Part shown: positions 1 through 11,704 of the stretch, piece after piece | How positions within the stretch are numbered: the stretch's first letter is position 1 | Layout: every line of letters starts with the position of its first letter | Source: Schmidtea polychroa | Taxonomy: Eukaryota | DNA: 64,000 bases | Direction: 5' to 3' | Assembly: GCA_044892525.1 (NCBI GenBank) | Contig: CM097887.1 | Span: forward strand, 87,708,397-87,772,396 | Notes under the pieces: model-generated | Database searches by the model: none | Seen by the model: the letters and a program-made list of their open reading frames with translations, nothing else | What the model was told of the DNA's origin: nothing | Made by a program: the position numbers and the translations under genes

Positions 1-6
1 ATAAGA

Positions 7-777
7 ATGGGAACCGGGAGATTACCCGTACCAAATATTTACCCAACGGCGTATGAACCAAATTGGGCAGCAATGGACCCAACAATGATCAAGCCAATTA
101 AAAATGTGGGGCAAGAGGTGGAGACACGAACGATTGCGGTATTGCAGACACCAGCAGGACCATCGTTAACTATCACGGTCGAAGTAAACGGAATAGAGAT
201 GGATGCAATGATTGATACCGGAGCAAATATCTCAGCAATAAATATGAATATGCTACCAGGAAGACTATGGCCATGCATTGAGGAAACAACCATGGATGTA
301 ATAACATGCAGCAAACAATCCATAGCGGTAGTAGGAAGAGTATGGTCAACGATCGAATACGAAGGGGTTAAAGTTACAACGTACCTCGCAGTCATTAGAC
401 AGCTAAGCGTATCATGTATAATTGGAACAGATGTAATGCCGGAATTATTGAAAGAAATTGTGATTGATTTGAGTTCCATGAAATTCAAAGATAAAACTGG
501 ACAGATATGCACAATGAGAACAGAAGTGAGATGCTCCGAAAAAATGATAATACCAGCACGTACCCAGACAATATGTTATGTCAAGGTCGATAACGAAGCC
601 AAAGGAGATATGATATTTGAACCAAGTCAAAAATTCGAGAAGAGAAGGGAGCTGCCATTGGCAAGAGAAATTGTCAGTATAAATGAGGATAACGAGATAC
701 CCATCAACATCACCAATTTTGATGAGGAAGATAAAGTAATCTACGAAAACAGAGACTTGGAAAACTCACACCAATGA
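7..777 (+). pseudogene. Aspartic protease plus following spacer (dUTPase-like beta) region of the element A polyprotein, cut off from RT by a 1-bp deletion
   Basis: AMIDTGANISAI motif (D at 214-216). Restoring one base after 750 gives YENERLGKLTPMMNIEL, matching element B YENERLGRLTPMIDIEL. Confidence 0.9.
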
Positions 778-3700
778 TGAACATTGAGCTGCCGGAGATA
801 AAAAGCGAGGGAGCAGACGAAAAGGAATTATGGACCATCGATAGCGAACTCCTAAATGAAGATGAAAAGGAACAACTCAGACAACTACTGATTGAGTTTA
901 AAGATATTTTTGCGGCTTCAGATTTGGATCTGGGTACTAGCGATGTAACTCAACACATTATACCATTAACGGATGAGACACCCATAACTTTGAGACCATA
1001 TCGATTAGCCGAAGCACAGAAAACGGTAGCAGAGGAGGAAGTACAAAAGATGTTAGATGCCGGAGTGATAGAACCTAGCTGTTCACCATGGCAATTTCCA
1101 GTGGTAATGGTCAAAAAGAAAGATGGCACACAGAGATTTTGTATCGATTATCGGAGGTTGAATGCAGTAACAAAAAGGGATACATACCCACTGCCAGATA
1201 TTAACGAAATGTTACAGATGTTACATGGAGCAGCATACTTTACATCTTTAGATCTAAAGAGCGGATACTGGCAAATTAAAGTTAAAGAGGAAGATAGAGA
1301 AAAGACAGCCTTTACCATCGGAAAAGATTTATATCAGTTTAAAAAGATGCCATTCGGATTAACAAACGCACCTGCTTCGTTTCAAAGATGTATGAACTTT
1401 GTGACACACGGAATTAAACAATGTATGGTGTATATTGATGATCTGTTAATTTATTCAGGTACTTTCGAGCAACACTTAATCGACATCAGAAACGTATTCA
1501 TAAGACTGAAACAATGGAAGCTGAAATTGAAACCGTCAAAATGCGATTGGGCAAAGGAGAGAGTCACATTTTTAGGACACATTGTGTCGGCAAAAGGAAA
1601 AGAACCAGATCCGAGAAACGTTGAGAAAATAAAGAATTGTCCGATACCAAAAACCGTGACTCAGGTACAAGAATTTCTGGGTTTATGCGGATACTACCGC
1701 AAGTTCATCAAAAATTATGCAACTATCGCAAAACCAATTCAGGAACTAACAAAAAAAGATACTCCATTTCTGTGGGAAAGGGAACAGCAAATAGCTTTCG
1801 AATCGCTAAGAGATAAACTAATAGCCTCGCCTATCTTAATCCACCCAGATTTCAAAAAGCCTTTTTTATTAGCAACTGATGCAAGTGGATACGCATCAGG
1901 AGCTGTGCTAGGACAATGGGATGAGGAGAAAAGAGAAAGAGTCATCGGATATTATAGCAAGACGTTCAAAAAGCACGAAAAGAATTACTCAGTCACAGAA
2001 AGAGAAGCTTTAGCAATAATTCAGGCGATAAAACATTTCAAATATTTATTATGGGGGCACGAGATAATTATTACTACGGATCACCAACCTCTAGTTTGGT
2101 TGGGCCAACATAAAGAAGCATCTAGCCGATTAATGAGATGGGCAATGCAATTACAGGAATATTCCCCATATATCAAGTTCAAGTCAGGAAAAGCAAACGC
2201 AAATGCAGATTGCATGTCGAGATTCGTATTTGAAGAACTCATGGATCATGACGTCAGGCGAATATGCATGATAATCGCGGAAGACATCGATTTTACCAAT
2301 CTAAAGAACGAACAAAAGGAAGACAGCGAATTGAAACTAATAATCGAATTCCTGGATAAAAACGATATGAAAATATTCAACAACGATGATCGACTAAAAG
2401 AACACATGGAGAAAAATCGTCACAGATATACGATCGAGAAAGGATGGCTATTGGTAATGGATGGCGACAAACGATTGATGTGCTTACCAGAAAGCAGGCG
2501 GAAAGAAATTATGATTCAATACCATGACGGTAAATTAGGCGGACATATGTCAGCCAAGAAAACAGAAGCCAGGCTTAAACAGAAATATTACTGGCCAAAT
2601 ATGAGCGATGACGTGAAAGAATGGATAAAGAACTGTTTGATATGCGCGACTAGGAGAACAACGGGCAGCAAATTAAAACCGCCCTTGAAACCAATGCCGA
2701 TACCGCCAGAACCAATGACAATGATTGCAATGGACGTGGTTGGACCACTACCAGAAACCAACAGCGGAAATGTGTATATATTGGTAATAACTGATTATCT
2801 GACTAAGTTCCCTGAAGCATTTGCGATGCCAGACCAAAAAGCACGAACGGTTGCAAGGATATTAGTGGAAGAGATCTGCTGCAGATATGGAACACCAAAA
2901 CAAATCTTAACTGACCAAGGAACTAATTTCATGAGCGAGATAATAAATGAAGTGACAAATTATTTCAGAATTGCCAAATTGAGAACCTCGCCGTACCACC
3001 CGCAAACGAATGGTCAGACAGAAAGATTTAACGGCATACTAATAGACATGATGTCAAATTATGTAAGTAAACATCAAAAGGATTGGGATGAATATATTAA
3101 GTTGTGTCTAATGGCTTACCGAATGTCAATACACTCAGCAACGAAAATGAGTCCGTTTAAACTCATGTACGGAAGAGAATGCAACACGCCGATGGATCTC
3201 GAATACCAACCGCCAATCTCACAGTATATGGAGATAGATGATTATGTGACAAAGTTCAAAGAGAGAATGCAGGAAATATGGAAAACCGCAGGAATGAACA
3301 TCCGATTCAACCAGGAAAGTTATAAAGAATTACATGATAAAAAGAAGAACGTGCAAAACCATCAATTTAAAGTCGGAGATTGGGTTATTATAGAAACACC
3401 CGAGTTAATCCCAGGAACAGCAAAGAAATTACAACGTAATGGCAGAGGACCATATGAAATCATCTATGTAAACGAGAACAACGCTCGAGTAAAGTTGGTT
3501 AACAATCCACTAATTAGACCCATATACGTGAATACATGTCGATGTAAAGCAGTAGCTAAAACTGCCACTAAAGACCCAGAAACAAGGAAGATAATCACGA
3601 GATCACAAACAAATGCCACAACAGAACCAGAGGTAAGCGGTAGATTAACTAGATCACAGACAAGACGGATATTCATGTTGAGGGGAGAAACAAGCAGCAG

Positions 3701-6431
3701 CGCCAATAAAGAAACCGAAGCAGAAAGCGAAGCTGACGCAATGGCAAGGAGCCAAGCGACATGGAATATGACAGTAAAAATAGCACGAGAAATTGTACCA
3801 GAATGGGCTGATATAACCAATAAATACCAAGTATTAGGCAAACTAATGATAGTAGCAGAAAGATATGCAAAAGGACGAAGGTATGCTGAGGGATTACAAG
3901 TACCAGTCCAAATATATGAACTAATCCGGAGATTACCAATCATGTTCCTCACAAGTGATTTGAGTAATAACTGGCCAATCCATCATGCAGTCAAAGCAGG
4001 ACAGGAAAAACGAGCATTAGAGATTATACGAATAATGGAAAGTTGCAAGCAATCGACAAACGTTAAAAATAGTAAAGGGAAAACTCCACTGATGAAAGCC
4101 ATAGCAATAGGCGCGTCAAGAGAAGTACTCAGAGAATTATTGAGAACGGGATCTACGTTGAAAGAAAAAGACAATAAACAACGAACCATTTTACGTTACG
4201 CCGTCAAGTCAAAAAGACCTAGCATACTAAACTTTATCACGGGAAATGCAACAACCGAAGAAGCCGAGGTGCTGGGACAGAGCATTGAACCAATTCTGGA
4301 AGCCATCAGAGGAAACTTAGACAGAACAGCAGCAATGTTAATCAAATGGAAACAAAACGAATTAAGAGCGGAAGTAATTGACATAAATCAATTCCAAAAC
4401 AACGAAAACATCGTACTAAGAAGCGCCATATACTCAAGACCGCCAATGCCAAAAACCATTAAAGCAATATTACAAAGAAATAGAGCAGAATTGACAGGTA
4501 ATTGGTGGAAATGCACAAAAACACATGCGATGAAAAAGCAACTAGAAATACTAGTGTGGGAATGGCACCGGAAACAACGGAAATATCAAGGAACCAAAGA
4601 AGAACGAGAAAGTATCCACAACGACAAGAAAGAGATAATTAAAATATACGAGGAGATGATCAAAGCAGCAAATGTCGAGGACGACATTTTCGGGAAAACC
4701 CCGGGTGAGAGGAATGACGATGACGACGACGACGAAAGGATGGGGGATAACGATAACAACCCAGAGGAAAACGACAGAGAACAGAATCCGGAGGGCGGAG
4801 AAACAACGGATGATGATGAGGAATTGGAAGAAGACGAAGAAGACCAATGTCGAGGTGAAGATCAAGGATTCGACAAAACGAAGAACAAAAAACGAAAGTC
4901 CCCACTACATAGCATAGTGTGTCGAAATCAAATCCAGCCAATCCTACTACAAAGAATATTTATAATATTAACATCCATCTGTTTAACGGAAACAAAAAAT
5001 ATGAGAATCGTAAGAGAAGCTTTCCAAGAAGGCGAAGTATTTATGATAAAAGTCAGCGATTACGACGGAAACGCCGTCGGAATATGTGTTCAACTAATGG
5101 AAGGAACAGGAGTAAGTTGTGATTTCAGATCGATAACAAAAGGAAAGATTTTTAACAGCCAAAAAAGAGACCCCAGGCTATGTGGAGATTATGACATTTG
5201 TAAAGACATAACAACAGAGGAAATGGAACTAGAAAGAGCTAATGAAACCGGAGTACATTTTCAACTCAACATTTTGGAAGAAGGTATCGAAATAGAAGAT
5301 AAAGGGAGTCGATCAATTACACATGTATGCATCAGAGAAGACAGAGACATATGCATAATAACTGATATGACACAAGACCACAAATTCTTCTGGGGAGAGG
5401 TCAAACCAAATACCCCTACTGTGGTATGCGCAGGAACACAAGGGATAGTAGTATGTAAAGGAACAAGAACTGCACCAAGAAAAGACAAGCCGAAGAGTAT
5501 GGCAATGAAACAAGATCCATTGAGGGGGATAACAACCAAGAAGCCAAACAAAACAGTTAGTACAAAAACAACAACAGAGCAGAATCAAACCGAATTAATA
5601 ATAACAACAACATGGATCAACGAAGTAATTAAAGACGAAAGACGGGAAGTGCAGATAACTATTAACCTCAACAAGAAAGGTGAAGAGGTAATTACAGTCA
5701 AAAACCAAGAAGGAGAACCAATCATAAGGATATGTGTAATGGATAAGACGGGAATAATCGACTGTACAACAACACCGATAGACAAAGGTGCAGACGTCAA
5801 AATGGAGACAGGAAAACGAAAAGAGCGATACCAAGTATGCATCCTCAAGAAAGGAAGAGGAACCAGCGTATGTCAGCCAATAACTCGACAAAAATCCCAA
5901 TTAATAAACATGCCATGGACACCCCGAGACCGAGAAGGGGGAGAGAAACGGGAAAATCACAGTCACCTAACAGAGAAGGAGAAGGAACGATTACATCAAG
6001 CATTCAAGAAAATTAAAACACCAGAAACGAATATCACAAGCAGTACAATATTAACGACAGAAAAAACAAACAAGGGAACAACGATAATCACAAAGATGAT
6101 ATGGATAACTAGCGCGATAGTAAGCACGGTAATAGCGTTAGTAGTGATTCAATGGATAAGAACCACCAAAAGATGTAAACAAAAACCGAGAAACCGAAGA
6201 AAATGGCCCAAGGTAGAAAAATTTGAATACGGTATTCCAACAGAAAATCTGAATCTAGAAGAATACGAGGTGGTAGAGGATCCCGGATCCAGCGGATTGT
6301 GGATGTCGGAACTACCAAGAATACCCACACCTAACGAATGGACACACGAAGTCGATATATACCGAATAACGGACGAAAGATATGGGGGAATGCGCACGCT
6401 GCATTCCGGCCCCATGGCGACACTGGTATAA
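774..6431 (+). CDS. pol: RT-RNaseH-integrase, then one ankyrin module, an acidic stretch and a C-terminal membrane protein (rest of the element A polyprotein)
   Basis: YIDD at 1431-1442, LATDAS, HHCC and D-D-E integrase motifs, GPY; ankyrin-like WPIHHAV, KGKTPLMKA, KQRTILRYA; hydrophobic segments near 4953-4995 and 6098-6157. Confidence 0.95.
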   Translation: MMNIELPEIKSEGADEKELWTIDSELLNEDEKEQLRQLLIEFKDIFAASDLDLGTSDVTQHIIPLTDETPITLRPYRLAEAQKTVAEEEVQKMLDAGVIEPSCSPWQFPVVMVKKKDGTQRFCIDYRRLNAVTKRDTYPLPDINEMLQMLHGAAYFTSLDLKSGYWQIKVKEEDREKTAFTIGKDLYQFKKMPFGLTNAPASFQRCMNFVTHGIKQCMVYIDDLLIYSGTFEQHLIDIRNVFIRLKQWKLKLKPSKCDWAKERVTFLGHIVSAKGKEPDPRNVEKIKNCPIPKTVTQVQEFLGLCGYYRKFIKNYATIAKPIQELTKKDTPFLWEREQQIAFESLRDKLIASPILIHPDFKKPFLLATDASGYASGAVLGQWDEEKRERVIGYYSKTFKKHEKNYSVTEREALAIIQAIKHFKYLLWGHEIIITTDHQPLVWLGQHKEASSRLMRWAMQLQEYSPYIKFKSGKANANADCMSRFVFEELMDHDVRRICMIIAEDIDFTNLKNEQKEDSELKLIIEFLDKNDMKIFNNDDRLKEHMEKNRHRYTIEKGWLLVMDGDKRLMCLPESRRKEIMIQYHDGKLGGHMSAKKTEARLKQKYYWPNMSDDVKEWIKNCLICATRRTTGSKLKPPLKPMPIPPEPMTMIAMDVVGPLPETNSGNVYILVITDYLTKFPEAFAMPDQKARTVARILVEEICCRYGTPKQILTDQGTNFMSEIINEVTNYFRIAKLRTSPYHPQTNGQTERFNGILIDMMSNYVSKHQKDWDEYIKLCLMAYRMSIHSATKMSPFKLMYGRECNTPMDLEYQPPISQYMEIDDYVTKFKERMQEIWKTAGMNIRFNQESYKELHDKKKNVQNHQFKVGDWVIIETPELIPGTAKKLQRNGRGPYEIIYVNENNARVKLVNNPLIRPIYVNTCRCKAVAKTATKDPETRKIITRSQTNATTEPEVSGRLTRSQTRRIFMLRGETSSSANKETEAESEADAMARSQATWNMTVKIAREIVPEWADITNKYQVLGKLMIVAERYAKGRRYAEGLQVPVQIYELIRRLPIMFLTSDLSNNWPIHHAVKAGQEKRALEIIRIMESCKQSTNVKNSKGKTPLMKAIAIGASREVLRELLRTGSTLKEKDNKQRTILRYAVKSKRPSILNFITGNATTEEAEVLGQSIEPILEAIRGNLDRTAAMLIKWKQNELRAEVIDINQFQNNENIVLRSAIYSRPPMPKTIKAILQRNRAELTGNWWKCTKTHAMKKQLEILVWEWHRKQRKYQGTKEERESIHNDKKEIIKIYEEMIKAANVEDDIFGKTPGERNDDDDDDERMGDNDNNPEENDREQNPEGGETTDDDEELEEDEEDQCRGEDQGFDKTKNKKRKSPLHSIVCRNQIQPILLQRIFIILTSICLTETKNMRIVREAFQEGEVFMIKVSDYDGNAVGICVQLMEGTGVSCDFRSITKGKIFNSQKRDPRLCGDYDICKDITTEEMELERANETGVHFQLNILEEGIEIEDKGSRSITHVCIREDRDICIITDMTQDHKFFWGEVKPNTPTVVCAGTQGIVVCKGTRTAPRKDKPKSMAMKQDPLRGITTKKPNKTVSTKTTTEQNQTELIITTTWINEVIKDERREVQITINLNKKGEEVITVKNQEGEPIIRICVMDKTGIIDCTTTPIDKGADVKMETGKRKERYQVCILKKGRGTSVCQPITRQKSQLINMPWTPRDREGGEKRENHSHLTEKEKERLHQAFKKIKTPETNITSSTILTTEKTNKGTTIITKMIWITSAIVSTVIALVVIQWIRTTKRCKQKPRNRRKWPKVEKFEYGIPTENLNLEEYEVVEDPGSSGLWMSELPRIPTPNEWTHEVDIYRITDERYGGMRTLHSGPMATLV

Positions 6432-6580
6432 CAAGAGGAGGAGTTGTTGTAAATAATGTATAAATGAAACGATAAAAGTAGTAATAATAATAGTAGTATG
6501 TACAAAATAAAAGTAGTAAATTAAAACAATATGTAGAAAATCTCTAAAACAAGTATGATGACCATGTATTGTAAATAGGA

Positions 6581-7036
6581 ATGAACCAGAGAAACGAAGA
6601 ACAGGAACACCCAAATGGGATACCACATGTTGTTGAAGTAAGAGAACAGCCACTAATGAATGTGCATCCAGTGGACATGATAGAAATGAACGTGCCAAAC
6701 CAGCCGAGTCAGCCAACAGGATCCATGTGGAGGGCACAGTGTGAATTAATGACCCAATTGACAAATCAGACTCAAGAGCATTGGGTACGAAATCAAACGG
6801 CGTTGATAGAGAGTATTAATAGAAATGCAATATATATTACAAAAATAGAGGAACAACACCAAATAATCGCGCAACTAGAGTATAATAACAATCAGTTAAT
6901 AAGCCAAATCAGATGGCAAGCGGAAGAAATTAGAAGGTTGCATGAAAATCGACAACATGATGATATTACCAGTTTAGTCGAGTGGATGACCGGGTTACCA
7001 GGAACAGGGGAACCGGACTCGACGGTTGATGTATAG
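6581..7036 (+). CDS. Accessory ORF-a (151 aa, coiled coil), homolog of 27045-27404
   Basis: MWRAQCELMTQL..LIESIN aligns with MWKQQCAMLTQV..LVESLN, in the same position after the polyprotein. Confidence 0.8.
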   Translation: MNQRNEEQEHPNGIPHVVEVREQPLMNVHPVDMIEMNVPNQPSQPTGSMWRAQCELMTQLTNQTQEHWVRNQTALIESINRNAIYITKIEEQHQIIAQLEYNNNQLISQIRWQAEEIRRLHENRQHDDITSLVEWMTGLPGTGEPDSTVDV

Positions 7037-7124
7037 AAGGGAGAGGAGTAAAATGTAAATAATCTTGTAAATAAATAAAGTATAACCAAGCAGAATCCCA
7101 AGATTTAAAAGTTATCATTGTAGA

Positions 7125-8549
7125 ATGCAAAACAAATCAGAAGAAAACCGAAGAGAAGTAGAGGAACAAAAGATTAACTATGAGTTGATGAGAAAATACC
7201 AAGCCAAGCCGGACGAGTTCGAAGAGAGACTATTATGTGCCGATGCAGCCTGTAGAAAACTATTAATTGGAGCAAGCCAAACTCGATGCGGTTGTAGACT
7301 GTGCCGAGGGTGTGATATAAGATTGGCCAAACTAAAGCGAGAAACTTGTCCAGGATGTGGAGAAGCATTTAAGTTGGTTCCCACTGGCACGATACCGGAT
7401 AGAGCAATGAACCGAGAAATCAGAGAAGTGAAAATAAGATGCACCCAAAGGTCATGCGAATGGACAGGTCGAGTAAAGGAGTTGAGAGCCCATACCGACG
7501 TATGCGAATATTTAGAATTAGAATGCGAAGCATGTAAGGTAAAGTTCTTTCGAAAAGAGAAAACCAAACATAAAGGAGAATGCGAAGCACGAACGGAAAA
7601 ATGCGAATTTTGCGGAGAAACCGCTAATTGGAGAGAGATCGAAATGGAACACCGAAACGCAGCAGAAAGACGGATTTGCGACGAATACACAGGGAGATGC
7701 CCAAACGAGTGTGGAGAAATTAACAACGTCAGATTAAATGAACATTGGGAGATATGCACGAGAAAAGCGATAAAATGCCCAATGGTGACATTCGATTGTA
7801 GAGCACAATTACCAGCAGAAGAAATGAAGAAGCATGTGGAGGAGAATACATTCGAGCACATGCAAAAGATGATGAGAGCAATAGAGTTAACAGCAAGGGC
7901 AATCGAAGACGTTAAAGACTAACTCAAATCACATAAAATCATGATAAAAGAAATGCTGAGCTCACAGGAAAGTTTCGAAAATACGAGAGAAGCCGTAATA
8001 CAAAGAATGTTGAAGTTAGACGACAAATTAGTCGAAGTAAATAAACTACAAACCAAATGGATGGCAAAGGAACTGCCAACAGAGGAACTACCAATATTAC
8101 CATACATGTGGAAAGTCCAAGGAATAACAGAAATAATGGAGCAAGCAAAGCAAGGAATCCAGACAACGATAGTGAGCAAACCATTCTACGCCAAGAAACA
8201 TGGATGCAAGATGAAATTAAGATGGTTTCCAAATGGTGATGGAAAGTTTAAAGATCGATGCATGTCCTTTTATATGCAAATCTGTAAAGGAGAGTTTGAC
8301 GACCTAATAGTATGGCCATTCCGACATAAATTAAAAATATCTCTCTTAGGATCAAAAAAGACACATATAATGTGCTGTCGAGCATCAAGTCCAGCATGGA
8401 ATAAACCGATTACAGAGGTTAATCCTGCGGTAGGAGTAGCAGAGTTTATGCAGCTATACCAGTTCAATGACGGTTCCTACATAGAAAAGGACACCATATT
8501 CTTCCTAATTGAACTAGACGAGGTAGGACCAACAATAGAAATACGATAG
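7125..8549 (+). pseudogene. TRAF-like gene (RING, TRAF zinc fingers, coiled coil, MATH) with one in-frame TAA at 7920-7922
   Basis: ORFs 7125-7922 and 7941-8549 share a frame. MATH signature YMWKVQG..SKPFY..GCKMKLRWFPNGDG..WPF. Colinear with the intact 25573-26961. Confidence 0.9.
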
Positions 8550-8705
8550 ACGGATAGAAGGAAACTGTAAATATTTTGTAAAAACAATGTAAAGTAATTA
8601 GATAAAGTAATTATAAAGCTACTGTATAAAGTAAAATAACTCACCAAAACCATAAAAAATTAGAAAAAGGAAAAATACAAAAAGAAATGATGAAATTTAT
8701 TATAG

Positions 8706-9887
8706 ATGAGTAATCAAGAGAAATCGAATATCCGAAAGAAAACGATCACAATGAGAGAAGGAGAGGACGATACGTCATCCGGAGAAAAGGTAGGAAGTTC
8801 GGAAGTCAGCAGAACAAAACCCAGTGGTTTCACGTACTATCGAAGAATTGTGGGAAATGGTTATAGCTTAGTGCAGGGAGATTTGAGGCAGGGGAGTGAT
8901 GAGCAATTCAGATGTGAGAACCAGAGATACCTGTCGTTTAAACACCAGACCGTTTTCACAAAGGAACAGAGCCGAGCACTGGCACTCAACGGATTTTTCT
9001 TCTCCGGAAAACCAGAGATACCCGATCAAGTAACGTGTCGTTTCTGTAAAGGAAAATTAGCAGAATGGAAAAAAGGAGAACACCCAAAGGAGGAACATCG
9101 TAAACGATTTCCAACTTGTCCGTTCGTACTGGGATTTGATGTACACAACAAACCGGAAATCAAATACGAAGCCTTGGAGAAATTGAAAACCGAAGACGAA
9201 AAAGGAGGGAAAATGAGCATCGCGATAACCAGAATCGTTGATGAATATGTTCCAACTTGTGAAGGGGAATTCCTCACGCAAATAGCGGATAATAGAATGA
9301 AAACGTTCGGAGATGATACGAGAGGACCTGAACTAGCGATAAGAGGATTCTATCTAACAGAAAAGCAAATACTCAAGTGTGAGAGATGCGAAAGCCAACA
9401 GAGATTACCGGAAGAAGGCATACCAGAAATTAGACATCAAGCATGGTGCCTATATCACAACGAACAAGAAACCGAATATCCGGAAGTACTAGTAACAGAG
9501 GAAGAGGTTGACGAAGTTGTAGACAAGCCTAACATGTGCAGAGCGTTGAAAGCAGCCGGAATAGGCACGACAAGGGCAAAGAACATGATTAGGGAGAGAC
9601 TACAGAAAAACGTACATATACCAACAACAACGTACGACATGATCAGGGCGATAACCCAGTATAGAGAAAAACCTGAAACAAAAATAAAAGAAGAATCAAT
9701 GGTCAAAACAGCTATCTTACGAGATATCAAATGTACTATGTGTTGGGAGAGGAGTGTAGAAGTTATTCATATGCCATGCGGACATTTGATCGCATGTGCC
9801 ACGTGTAGTAGGAAAATAAAAGAATGTCCAATGTGTAGACAGAGGATTGCGCAGCGAATCAAAGGATTTCGCTACGCCGATCAATAA
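8706..9887 (+). CDS. IAP-like protein: canonical BIR, degenerate second BIR, C-terminal IAP-type RING
   Basis: LALNGFFF..VTCRFC..LAEW..HPKEEHRKRFPTCPFV; second CERC..H..C; CTMCWERSVEVIHMPCGHLIACATCSRKIKECPMCR. Confidence 0.93.
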   Translation: MSNQEKSNIRKKTITMREGEDDTSSGEKVGSSEVSRTKPSGFTYYRRIVGNGYSLVQGDLRQGSDEQFRCENQRYLSFKHQTVFTKEQSRALALNGFFFSGKPEIPDQVTCRFCKGKLAEWKKGEHPKEEHRKRFPTCPFVLGFDVHNKPEIKYEALEKLKTEDEKGGKMSIAITRIVDEYVPTCEGEFLTQIADNRMKTFGDDTRGPELAIRGFYLTEKQILKCERCESQQRLPEEGIPEIRHQAWCLYHNEQETEYPEVLVTEEEVDEVVDKPNMCRALKAAGIGTTRAKNMIRERLQKNVHIPTTTYDMIRAITQYREKPETKIKEESMVKTAILRDIKCTMCWERSVEVIHMPCGHLIACATCSRKIKECPMCRQRIAQRIKGFRYADQ

Positions 9888-9969
9888 CGAAAATTAAAAT
9901 TTCGTGTATAAAGTGTAGATAATAAATGTATGAAATAATAGTAGTAGTAATAGTGTAATTATTTAGACA

Positions 9970-11549
9970 ATGAATAAAGAATCACAAACCTATGTGGAAA
10001 CCGAGATGCAACAACTCGAACAGTACAAATCCATCATACAAACATACGAAGCAGAAAGAGTAAAGAGAGAAATAGAAATGTACAAAACCATGTATGAGAA
10101 AAAGCAACAAGAGTTAGAAGTGGAGAAGGCGGAAGCACTAGCAGCAAAAGAGAAGTGGATGAAACAGGTAGAGGAATTAACCGAAGATGTGAGAAATACA
10201 TCAACATACCAAGAATTGGAGGAGGAGCTCTCGAACTTACGAACTCAGCGGATTATGGAGATAGTTGGGTTATGCGGAGAGATAATAATGCAGAAGACAC
10301 AAATTACGAGGAAGAACAGCGTAAAACGGAACGAATAAAACTGCAAGCGCAACAATGGAAACGAAAATACGAAACCCTCCAAACGAGACAGAATGATAGT
10401 CACGAACATCAAATACGAGGGTATAAAGTAGAACTAGAAGAAGCAAAGAACCAATGTGCAATGATGAAAGAAAAATGGGAAAGATGCAAAAGGACCCTAA
10501 GCGAAGTCAGGGGACAAGGGAGGAGAACACCACGTAAAGAACCAATCGTTAAAGATAACGTATTAGAGCGAATTAACACACAAATAAAGATACAAGCTCA
10601 GAAATGGAAGTATAAATACCTAGGAAGTCAAACCCAAGTGCTCTATTGGAAAATCAGTAGCAAGGAACAACTGCGATTACGAAAAGCAGACCAAGAATTT
10701 TACGAAATAAGGGCTACACAGCGAGAAGAAGAGGAAGTAGAGTGGAGAAAACGACAGCAGAAATTTGAGGAAACCGAAGAGTGTCTCAAGCATCAAGCCC
10801 GAAAATGGAAAAAGAATTGGAAAGAGACCAAAGAGGAGTTAAGACAGTTACCAATGAAACTGATGGAAAGAGACGAATTTAAAATGTGGGAAACGATAGA
10901 AAACCAAAAAGATGAGATCAGCCGATTGAGTAGAGAACATAGAATCAAGACGCGGACCAGCGACGGTAGACGGAGAGTCATAAAGAAACAGACTCGAGAG
11001 ATAAGAAGGTATGAATACCAGGAAAAGAGATGGGAACAACAATTGACAGACCAAGATCGACAAATCCGACAATTACAAACAGAGGTAGAGGAAGCTAATC
11101 AAGAGATGAACGGATATAAAGGTATGTACACCCAAAGGGATGTGAATTGGAAGCATCAGACTGCGCTTAATGCGAAATGTAGAGAGGAGTGCGATAAGGC
11201 AATTCAACAAGCCAAACAGGAAACCGAGATAATAAAACGATGCTTCGAAGAAAATGAAGCGAATCTGAGAGCAGAAATCGAGAAGTTGAAAATGCTTGAA
11301 AAAACCCAACGATTGGAAGAGGAATTGGATGAGATGATAGAAAACGAAAGTAGATTAACGTTTCTGTTGGATGAAGAAATAAACATCTCAACGGAATTGC
11401 GGGAGGAAGTAGAGCGGTTAAGAAGACAACCACCAATACTATTAATGCCACTCTACCCGTTCCCATTACAAGTGCCACAGCCTGCCGAAGTCACAACAGA
11501 TGAAGGCTTCGAAGAAAATAACGAACAAAATAACGCAACATGGATTTAG
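9970..11549 (+). pseudogene. Long coiled-coil accessory gene split by a frameshift (9970-10338 and 10155-11549); homolog of 24315-25352
   Basis: Shared ARKWK..LPMKL / ARNWK..LPMRL and LTFLLDEEIN..DEGF / LTYLLDEELN..DEGY. Confidence 0.8.
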
Positions 11550-11704
11550 TCGGAGAGAGGTTGCCTGTAAATAAGAATGACAAAAAAAAAAAAAAAAAAA
11601 AAAAATCATAAAGCCAAAACCAAATAAAAATTACAAATTACAAAACCAAAAATTCAAAATAAAAGGGAGACGAAAGGAAAAATGATGTGTATATTTTTGT
11701 AGAT

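Noticed and set aside
740-780. Programmed ribosomal frameshift between protease and RT in element A
   Set aside because: Element B is in frame here and a single missing base explains it; it is a mutation or sequencing error.
7920-7922. Read-through stop or two separate TRAF half-genes
   Set aside because: The homolog in B is continuous; a nonsense change is simpler.
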